Shown here: positions 54,674 to 64,000 of the stretch, piece after piece
How the letters are laid out: every line of letters starts with the position of its first letter
Numbering within the stretch: the stretch's first letter is position 1
NCBI RefSeq assembly: GCF_006345805.1
Contig: NC_043005.1
Coordinates: 7,564,001-7,628,000, forward strand
Direction of reading: 5' to 3'
From: Octopus sinensis
Taxonomy: Eukaryota
DNA: 64,000 nt
Made by a program: the position numbers and the translations under genes
Notes under the pieces: model-generated
The model's input: only the letters and a program-made list of their open reading frames with translations
Database searches by the model: none
What the model was told of the DNA's origin: nothing

Positions 54674-57600
54674 AATTAAAATTGATTAGGAAGACTTTTT
54701 AGTCAGTTTTTATTATCTGGAATACTCATTTCTCCAAATCAAATGTTTGCATTAACAATTCTGATAACTGTCTATGTAACCCAAGTATAAAAATAAATTT
54801 TTACTCCCATCCCCTCCCGGACCGATTTTGGGGGCGCTTAAAAACGAATGGGGAGAAACCTCTTCGTTAAAATTCAACTCCATATCTATGAATTTCTTAA
54901 CATTATAAACGGAATTTTTATTCTTTTTGTTAAACATTTTTCCATTATTCGAATGTGTTTATGGAGAGAGAACTATTTAAGGAACAAGGTATTATATGAT
55001 CGTGAGATGTGCTAAATCGCCCTTAACTTTTCCATAAAACCATATTCAAACACCATTTGTATGAATTTGCTTCTCTCACCATGAAGCATGGAATTTTTTC
55101 TAATACTATGGAAAAAATTAACGGCGATTTATCTGTTGTCTTATCTCTTCTAGTTCCTTTCTTGTTTAATATTTTTCCACACATAAACAGAGTAATGAAA
55201 AAAAGGTTTTTTAAAAATGCCATGTTGAAAGAAATTTACGAACATGGAACATTTTTTTTTAACTTAAAGGTTTCTCGTTTATTAAGTGTGTAGTACCCAC
55301 AAAATCGAGTAAAAAGAAGAATATCGGCGGACATGGAAGTCAGTCAGCACCAGCAGTTGGAATCTCTCCGTTTCGACGGGGATTTTTCAGATATTTTTTC
55401 GCGATGCCCTTGGGAACGGTCTGGACGATCGTTTTAGCAAAAAAATGAAATTGCGAAAATTTTTAACTCCCTGACCGATTTTTCGAATTTCTCAGTTTTT
55501 ACGGGGATTTTTTTCACCCCACTACCTCCTCGACTAATTTTGTTGGCATTACGCTCAATGATTTCCGCCTCTTCTGACGGATTTTGTGGTCACTACACGT
55601 TTAAAAACGATGGCAGAAACCTTTATATAACAAAAAAAAAAAAAAAAAAAAGGATCTTTTCATCTACCGGTCAAAGTGAAAAGATCCCCCCCCCCAAATA
55701 TCCATATTTATGAATTCCTTAACATGATACATGACTTTTTTTGTTCAGCCTTTTTCGGTTACTCATGTGTTTATAGGGAGAAAAATATTAAACAAACACG
55801 GAAGGTGGTCGAGATCTGCTAAAAGCAGTGTACTTGTGTTTATCATTATTTACATTTGACGGATATTTGTCCTGGGTTCTCATTCCTATTTTTCGATATT
55901 ATTATTATGCAGGTCACTGCCTGGAATCGAACTCGGAATCTTGGTTAGTAGCCCACGCTCTTAACCACTACGCCATATGCCCGTGGAGTGAATTTTAGGG
56001 TTTATAAATCTAATATTCTCCCATCAATACACGCGAGAGTGAGAAAGAAACGGGGAGGGTGGTCTTGGGATGTGCTAGAAGCAACAGCCAAATTCTTCTT
56101 TAACTCCCTTTCCTCTGAAAATATTTACAATCTTTTTTTTTTTTTGCCGGAAAGGCCCCTCCCAAGGTTTTTAACTGGAAAAAAAAATTGGGCAATATCG
56201 GTCCGGAGTGGGTAGTAGCCCCCCCCCCCCCAACTTTTCATACAAAAGATGTCCCTTCTCCCTCCATCATTTCGAAAAAAAAAAATCCCAGCCAAAACTG
56301 AGAAAATCCAACTTATGTGGTATTCCTGATCCGAAACTCCTCCTGACTCCCTCGGAAAACTCTTCCCCTACAGATTTCTTTATAATCGTAACCTATGCCG
56401 TTTGAAAGGTTTCATTAAAAGATACCCATTTTCCTGAAAGCTATGAGGGGGAAAAAAAGTCGGGTCATGTGAATTTTCCGAAACTCCTCTCCCGAAACCC
56501 TCGGAAAATTTCTTAGCAACAAATCCCTATATACTCTGAATTTACAGCATCTAAGCAGTACTTGTTAAAAATTTCGTTAAAAAGTATCCATTTTTCTGGA
56601 AGTTATGAGGCAACAAAGTCGGGTGGGTACATCTGTAGTTATCCCAAAGTAAGTATCAGTTGATGTAATCAACTTACTTCCTCTCCCAAATTTTGAAACT
56701 AATATTTTCCTTATTGCTGACGCAAATCGTTAATGGTTTTCTCGAATTTTACTCTTTCATAGCTCAATATTTTTGTCATTTTCTCCAGTCTAAGGGAAAT
56801 AACTCTTGAACTTCAGATAGAGTTCAAATTTAAATATTTGGACCTTGCGGTTGAGTTTCGGATGAGGACACACCCGCATTTTCTTCGTTTTGACCGGGAT
56901 TTCCCCAATTTTTCCCCCAACTATACCTTTGGAAATGATGGGGGATGGGGGGTTTAGTATTTTTTATGAAAAAAAAAAATCTTTTTGAAAATTTTTCACC
57001 CCACCTGCAGACTGATTTTGACCCTTTTTCTTTTTTTTTCACTACATACTTAAAAACTATGGAAGCCTTTTCGGTAAAAAAAAAAAAAATTAATTAAATA
57101 AAATTTCAGACAAAAGCCTTTTCGGTAAAAAAAAAAAAAAAAAAATTAATTAAATAAAATTTCAGACGAAAGGGTGTGATTTAAGGGAGATTTAGCTGTT
57201 GTTTCGAGCACATCACGATCACCTAGTACCCTTCCTCTTTTCTTTCTTACTCTGACATGTATTGATGTTTTTCTACCCATGAACATCTTAATGCTATTAA
57301 AGTTATGAAAATTTGATTTTTCACCCTCTCCTTCATCGTTTCTGTTTTTAATTTTAAAATCTTGGAGAATCTGGGGTCACTGGTGGGATTTATCCCGTTA
57401 TTTACAAAAGCTATGTAAAACATACGCTAAGAGTTGTTGAAGCATGGAACAAACTGCTGGCATCAGTTGTTAGTTGTCGGAGCACTGCATCCTTCGAAAC
57501 TTCAATGTTTTCCGAGATTCGCCAACACTACACCTGATTTTCTTCCCTCCATACACATTTGTACATTACTGTATGCGCTTTATACGCACTTTTGACAAGT

Positions 57601-58114
57601 TGTGGTGCACCTGAGCACTGTATACAATAATTTCATTATTATTATATTATAACAATTTATTTTCTGATCTCTTTTACTTGTTTCAGTCATTTGACTGTGG
57701 CCATGCTAGAGCACCGCCTAGGACTTATTCTTCGTAAGCCTAGTACTTATTCTATCGGTCTCTTTTGCCGAACTGCTAAGTTACGGGGATGTAAACACAC
57801 CAGCATCGGTTGTCAAGCGATGTTGGGTGACAAACAGACTCAAACATATACACACATACATACATATATAAAATTTTCTTTGTGGTTTATCATGTATTGT
57901 TGACAAGCTATAAGTTTTACTAAAATGGTCAGCTAAATATCCCTTAAAATCACATTTTCTTTTGGTTTCTGCATAGTCAGAAAATTCCAAAGAAACAAGT
58001 CAAGGGGTTATATTCTGTGCGTAAAGCAGAAATCCACCGAAAAATCTCTAGTAGATGAAATTAAAATCGCTGCGAATGAAAGAGAAAGAGAAAACAAAAA
58101 TGTAAAGTGTGAGA

Positions 58115-58130
58115 AGCCCTGAAAAGGACC
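58115..58130 (-). terminator. Histone stem-loop of the H2A pseudogene
   Basis: caac-GGTCCT-TTTC-AGGGCT. Confidence 0.8.
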
Positions 58131-58170
58131 GTTGATACGGATACAGCAAAATGCCACCCAAGAAATATAT

Positions 58171-58548
58171 TTGCTTCGAAGGTTTCTGAGTCTTCTTGGG
58201 AAGAAGAACAGCTTTGAATGGTGGGAAGAACACTACCTTGAACAATGGTTACTCCAGACAAAAGTCTGTTTAATTCTTCGTCATTGCTGATAGCTAATTG
58301 CAAATGACGGGGAATAATTCTCAATTTCTTATTCTCTCTTGTAGCATTTCCAGCCAATTCCAACACCTCGGCAGCCAAATATTCCATTACAGCGGCTAAG
58401 TAGACTGGGGCTCCGGCATCAACACGTTGGGCATAGTTTCCCTTGCGGAAAAGACGGTGGATACAGCTAAAAGGGAACTGAAGTCAGCACGGGATGAGCA
58501 GGTCTTGCTCTTTCCCTTCACCTTACCTCCTTTACCATGTCCAGACAT
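58171..58548 (-). pseudogene. H2A: Histone H2A pseudogene
   Basis: MSGHGKGGKVKGKSKTCSSRA / [15 protein letters not shown].. / [13 protein letters not shown] in different frames; stop mutated to CAA. Confidence 0.95.
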
Positions 58549-58685
58549 TTTTAAAGTTCGATAGGAATTTAAAAAAAAATAGAAATCTTTTTCTTTATTT
58601 GCCACTAGGGCCCAAACACAGATAATGACGATACAAGGAAAAAAACCCCAGTAACTGAATCACTAATAGAGCTGTTTGCCTTTAA

Positions 58686-58905
58686 CCCTTTAATGTTCAG
58701 ATTACTCTGTTAAATGTAATACTTTTTTACTCAAATTGTTTTGAATTAATCATGCATTATCTCATAGCTCTGAGGTTTCAATGATGTGAATATTTATTTT
58801 TAGAATGTCAATGTAGGTTAGGTGTGAGAGGCTAGATATGGCTAGTTCAAATATAAAACATGTAGAATATTTGGGCTGGATGTTGCTGGTTTAAACACTA
58901 AAGGG
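58686..58905. mobile_element. piggyBac-type MITE in the H2A-H2B intergenic promoter
   Basis: TTAA|ccctttaatgtt ... aacactaaaggg|TTAA; 220 bp. Confidence 0.8.
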
Positions 58906-59082
58906 TTAAATACCCTGTAGAAGGCTCCAGCAACCGACATTTATACTAAGCAAGTAAAAGTAAGTGGGTTTTTGTTACGTGACTGTTAATTGTCAAATTC
59001 CACCAATGAATATGAATGGCGCAGATTTGCAAAATGTTGATCTGCTGAGTCTACTTGACAGCTATAAATAGAGTAGATGGTT

Positions 59083-59241
59083 ATGCCACCAGCTACTGCT
59101 TTGAAAGGAGCCAAGAAGGCTTCCAAGGCTAAAGATTCATGTCCCACAGGAGACAAGAAGAAGAGGAAGGAAAGTTATTCCATCTACATCTACAAAGTAA
59201 TGAAACAAGTCCACCCTGACACTGGTATTTCCAGCAAATAA
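59083..59241 (+). pseudogene. H2B: Truncated histone H2B
   Basis: [47 protein letters not shown]; TATAAATA 59063, CCAAT 59003; followed by a SINE. Confidence 0.93.
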
Positions 59242-59258
59242 ACAATCTGGATGTGTCA

Positions 59259-59489
59259 AGGAGTGGCTGTGTGGTAAGTAGCTTGCTTACCAACCACATG
59301 GTTCCTGGTTAAGTCCCACTGCGTGGCATCTTGGGCAAGTGTCTTCTGCTATAGCCTTGGGCCGACCAATGCCTTGTGAGTGGATTTGGTAGACGGAAAC
59401 TGAAAGAAGCCTGGGCTTACAAAGAATAAGTCCCGGGGTCGATTTGCTCGACTAAAGGTAACTGAAACAAGTAAAAGAGTAAAAGAGAG
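59259..59489 (+). mobile_element. SINE family A (internally deleted)
   Basis: Head and tail match 6302-6705. Confidence 0.85.
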
Positions 59490-59884
59490 TATTGAAGAGT
59501 GTGAGGGAGTGCCCTCGCAAGTTAAATGTGTATTAATGAACAGAAAGAACTTGCAAAGATTAAGTGAGGATTACAGGAGAAATATTATTATCTCACAAAA
59601 GGAAATTGATACCAAGGGGATGCAGTCAATGATAAGCTATCATGAACTTCTAAGGGAATTTATCATGGACATATGAAGTAATTATTAAGTCGTCAATTGT
59701 TTTTAAAAAGTTTCAATGAGGTCACTTGGATTATGGGGTCCGAGTGGCCTCCATTTCATCCATTCATTTTTTACACCATCCTTCTCATTTGCTTTATTTT
59801 TCTCCCCACTTTTGTGTTTTTGTCCATCTTTGTACTGTCCCTCTATGTTTAGCCCCCTGTGGGCAATAAAGAAATTGTTGTTAT

Positions 59885-60958
59885 AATCATCTGAAATGGA
59901 ACGGTCAAAGTGCGATATTTGAACAGTTTTGCTATTCAACTTCAAAAAAAAGGATGTAGAGCTTCTGAAACTGCCCACGATATCAGCAAAATGTTTGGTG
60001 AGGAAATGACTAGTGAGTGGTCAGCTCATAAATGGTTTAAACGATTTTGCAGTGGAGACCTGGGCCTTGAAGATCGTAAGCATAGTGGATGTCCATCTGT
60101 CATTGATGATGGTCAATTAAAGACTGTCATTGAGAAAGATCTATGTAAAACCACTCAAGATCGGGCAAAAGAACTTCAAGGTAGCCAGAAAACTACCTGC
60201 AATCGGAAAATCAAAACAGATCAACAAATGGGCACAGCACAATTTGAATGAAAATCAAAAAATGCGCAGATATGAAATTTGTTCATTGCTTCTTCTCTGT
60301 AATCAGACATCCATTTCTTGACCATATTGTAACTTGTGATACTGTACAATAATAAAAAAAAACAAAACATTCTCGTTAAGAGGTTGGACCAAAATGAAGT
60401 ACCGAAAACCTTTCCTAAACCTTGGTTTTTCATAAAGAAGGTTATGATGACTGTTTGGTGGTGTACTGCTGGACTCATCCACTATAACTTCTTAAAACCC
60501 AGAAAATTCATTACTGCAGAAACATATTGCCATAAAATTGCCAAAATGAAGGAAAGACTGCAACTTCATCCCAGACTGGTCAACAGAAGAGGGTCACTCA
60601 TTCTTCATGACAATGCTTGACCACATGTTTCACTAACGATGTTCCAGAAGTTGTGGGAACTTGGCTATGAAGTTCTTCCCCAGACCTTTCTCCTACCACT
60701 TTTTCAAGCACCTTGATGGTTTCCTGTGAGAGAAAGAGTTCAAAAATCAAACCAATGCTGACAGTGTCTTCAACGAGTTCATCAACTCCAGAACACCAGA
60801 TTTTTAATGTTACCAGAATAAACAAACTTATATCTCGTTGACAAAAATGCGTTGATTGTAACAGTACATACTTTGATGAATAATATTTCTGCATTGTTGA
60901 AATATATTGTGACAAATTTCATGTTTTGAAATGTTGCTTACTTTTTACTTAGCCTGAT
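59885..60958 (+). mobile_element. Degenerate mariner transposon
   Basis: WFKRF.SGD..LED..SG, VTCD, KKVMMTVWW, ILHDNA and PDLSP motifs with stops and frameshifts. Confidence 0.82.
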
Positions 60959-61850
60959 ATATTATTTCTTGTACATCAGTTAATGGGTCTAATATTAATG
61001 ATTGCCATTTAAAACTAATGTAGCTGGATTTCCCAAGAATGAGAACAGAAATTACTTTTCCCTGATGAAAGTTATTTAATATTATATCGTCTGATTCTTC
61101 AATACGAAATCAACTATAAATATATTTGGCAGTGTTTCCACCACTCTAGGTTTATCCATCCTCTCAAAAAAAGATAATTCTGATCTTATTGAAGTTGGCT
61201 CCCTTGGTTACTATACACGAACTAAGTGTTAACCATCATATTACAGGTAATATTAGGAACATAATTTTGCTGTTGTTGATAACATCTGACGATGAATGAA
61301 TGGTTAAACAATAATTTTGTTATTGATAAAATATATTTATTGAAAATGTACAAATGAGAAATTCATTTTTATTTAATTTAATAAACAATTTATTCTGTAA
61401 ATTAGTATTCATTTCATTATTTAGTATAATCACCATGAAATTTGAAAAAGAAACTGAGTAACTACCCTTTAACATTGAAGTGGTAACTACCTTAGGTAAT
61501 TTTAATCAGCAGGTAAAAATGAAATATTGGCATAACAATGATACCACAATCCCTGTAATTTAAGACAAATTACAGTGAACAGACTACAGAAAATAAATGC
61601 CAACATATTTCACAACGATAATCTTCTCTACAATCAGTATTCTACTGTGGATTACAAGTGTAACCTTACTTCACACTGAATAATTCTCCATGTAGTTTCA
61701 AGTCCACACGATTACAATTCACAAAAAAATATTTCCCAAATACTTAGAGAACAAACTTCTTTCAAATATAAAGCAAAATGAAAATTCAAAGAGAATGATT
61801 TCTGATGTAATTTCATCATGATCAATGTTCTCAAATGTGTACTTGTTGGT

Positions 61851-62270
61851 GGGGCTGTTTGGTAAGTAGCTTGCTAACCAACCACATGGTTCCGGGTTCA
61901 GTCCCACTGCGTGGCATCTTGGGCAAGTGTCTTCTGCTATAGCCCTGGGCCGACCAATGCCTTGTGAGTGGATTTGGTAGACGGAAACTGAAAGAAGCCT
62001 GTCGTATATATGTATATATATATATATATAAGTGTGTGTGAGTATGTTTGTGTGTCTGTGTTTGTTTCCCTAGCATTGCTTGACAACTGATGCTGGTGTG
62101 TTTACGTCCCTGTCACTTAGCGGTTCGGCAAAAGAGACCGATAGAATAAGTACTGGGCTTACAAAGAATAAGTCCCGGGGTCGATTTGCTCGACTAAAGG
62201 CGGTGCTCCAGCATGGCCGCAGTCAAATGACTGAAACAAGTAAAAAGAGTAAAAAGAAAAAGAGTAAAAG
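61851..62270 (+). mobile_element. SINE family A, immediately 3' of the zinc-finger stop codon
   Basis: Full family A body; tail ends ~12 bp from the stop at 62282. Confidence 0.85.
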
Positions 62271-62281
62271 GATTCCACATT

Positions 62282-63862
62282 TCAATTAATAGGATTCCTC
62301 TCAGAATGTAGTTGTTCATGTCTTTTTAAATGACGACTAGTGATAAATGACTTCTTGCATGTTCCACAATGATAGGGTCTTTCTCCAGTGTGACTGCGTT
62401 TGTGGTCCACAAGATTGGAAGTATTAATGAATGATTTCTTGCATATTCCACAATGATATGGCTTTTCTCCTGTGTGAGTACGTTTGTGAACAACAAGACT
62501 TGAATTATTAATGAATGATTTTCCACATGTCTCACAGTGGAAAGGCTTTTCTCCCGTGTGACTACGTTTGTGAACTACTAGACTAGAATGGAAAGAGAAG
62601 GATTTTCCACAGATTTCACAATGATAGGGTTTTTCTCCAGTGTGACTTCGTACGTGGAGAACAAGATTCCAGTTATTGATGAAAGATTTTCCGCATATTT
62701 CACAGGGGAAGGGTTTTTCCCCCGTGTGGACCCGTTTGTGTTTTGTTAAATCCCCAGTAGAGGCAAAACCTTTCCCACATACTTCACAGTGGAAAGGTTT
62801 TTCTCCCGTGTGGATTCGTTTGTGAGTTGTTAAATTACTGTTTATCATAAACGATTTTCCACACAGTTCACAGTGGAAGGGTTTCTCTCCAGTGTGGCTA
62901 CGTATGTGGACACCAAGATTTGAATTATTAATAAAAGATTTTCCGCATATTTCACAGTGGAACGGCTTTTCCCCAGTGTGTATTCTTCTGTGTTTTGTTA
63001 AGACACTGTAATAAACAAAAGATTTTCCGCATATTTCACAGTGGAAAGGTTTTTCTCCAGTGTGACTACGCATGTGAATAACAAGTTGAGAATTCTTAAT
63101 AAAAGATTTTCCACATGTCTCACACTGGAACGGTTTTTCTTCAGAGTGGATTCGTTTGTGACTTGTTAAATAGCTATTATTGACAAAAGATTTTCCGCAC
63201 ATTTCACAGTGATACGGTTTTTCCCCAGTGTGACTCCGTATGTGAACTGTAAGCTTAGAATTAGAGATAAAAGTTCTTCCACATATTTCACAGTGAAACA
63301 GATTTTCTCCACTGTGCATTCGTTTGTGTGTTGTTAACATACTGTTAGAAATAAAAGATTTTTTACATATTTCACAAGCATAGGGTTTCTCTCCAGTGTG
63401 GTTACGTTTGTGGATTGTGAGCTGAGAATTATCAATGAATGCCTTCCCACATACTTCGCAATGATATGGCTTTTTCCCACTGTGAATTTGTTGATGTCTT
63501 TTTAAGTGACTGCTAGTAATAAAGGATTTCTCGCATACTTCACAGTGAAATGGTTTTTCTCCAGAGTGGATTTTTTTATGTTTAGTCAAGACACTGTTGG
63601 ATACAAAATATTTGCCGCAAATTTCACAGTGGAAGAGTTTTTCCCTATTATGCATTTTTTTGTGCAAGGAGACTCCATGTTTTGATGAGAATGTTTTCTG
63701 ACAAACGCTACAGTTATATTCAGGAATATTTTTGTGTAATATTATTTCTTCAGTAAATGTTTCGTTGCATAAAGGTTTCTCATCACTGTATGTTTGTGTA
63801 AATGTATCTATATTGTTAAATACAGGTGTGTTTGAAGTATCCAAGTGATTAACATCCTCCAT
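62282..63862 (-). CDS. C2H2 zinc-finger protein, 17 tandem fingers
   Basis: Intact ATG-to-stop ORF with HTGEKPF linkers; paralogue of 40681-41946. Confidence 0.95.
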   Translation of the reverse strand: MEDVNHLDTSNTPVFNNIDTFTQTYSDEKPLCNETFTEEIILHKNIPEYNCSVCQKTFSSKHGVSLHKKMHNREKLFHCEICGKYFVSNSVLTKHKKIHSGEKPFHCEVCEKSFITSSHLKRHQQIHSGKKPYHCEVCGKAFIDNSQLTIHKRNHTGEKPYACEICKKSFISNSMLTTHKRMHSGENLFHCEICGRTFISNSKLTVHIRSHTGEKPYHCEMCGKSFVNNSYLTSHKRIHSEEKPFQCETCGKSFIKNSQLVIHMRSHTGEKPFHCEICGKSFVYYSVLTKHRRIHTGEKPFHCEICGKSFINNSNLGVHIRSHTGEKPFHCELCGKSFMINSNLTTHKRIHTGEKPFHCEVCGKGFASTGDLTKHKRVHTGEKPFPCEICGKSFINNWNLVLHVRSHTGEKPYHCEICGKSFSFHSSLVVHKRSHTGEKPFHCETCGKSFINNSSLVVHKRTHTGEKPYHCGICKKSFINTSNLVDHKRSHTGERPYHCGTCKKSFITSRHLKRHEQLHSERNPIN

Positions 63863-64000
63863 ATTTATTCTTCAGGAATTCTTAAAAACTGAGAAATATG
63901 AGAATATAATTTATGGTTCAATTTCTTGTCTTGTATACGATGAGAACTCTGCTATCATGCATGAAAAATATACAATGTAGATATATTTTCAAATAATCAT

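Noticed and set aside
55912-55981. tRNA gene on the minus strand
   Set aside because: A and B boxes are present but the acceptor and anticodon stems pair poorly; it is embedded in a repeat, so it is treated as a SINE head.
57062-57168. ~52-bp tandem duplication
   Set aside because: Simple slippage around a poly-A run; no evident function.

Overview
AT-rich, repeat-dense eukaryotic DNA, most likely an octopus (coleoid cephalopod) genome; this is inferred from the SINE families and the style of the C2H2 genes. The window holds three minus-strand poly-C2H2 zinc-finger genes (10, 15 and 17 fingers). Between the last two lies a decaying replication-dependent histone cluster: intact H3 and H2A with 3' stem-loops, plus H4, H2A (two copies) and H2B pseudogenes. 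The rest is mobile DNA: RTE, CR1/L2 and Penelope-like retroelement fragments, several SINE families, Helitron, piggyBac, Merlin-like and pogo-like MITEs, and hAT and mariner remnants. Two things stand out. (1) A family of ~352-bp non-coding repeats carries type I hammerhead ribozymes plus a shared downstream structured motif. It occurs as a near-identical tandem/inverted copy (12.2-13.0 kb), a diverged tandem copy (0.9-1.4 kb) and fold-back relatives (3.0 and 7.4-7.8 kb), and looks like a retrozyme/Penelope-derived system; further hammerhead motifs are scattered elsewhere. (2) An open DD37D (maT) transposase ORF sits inside the divergent H3-H4 promoter, in the place and orientation of the dead H4 gene. 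All calls were made by eye, without database searches.
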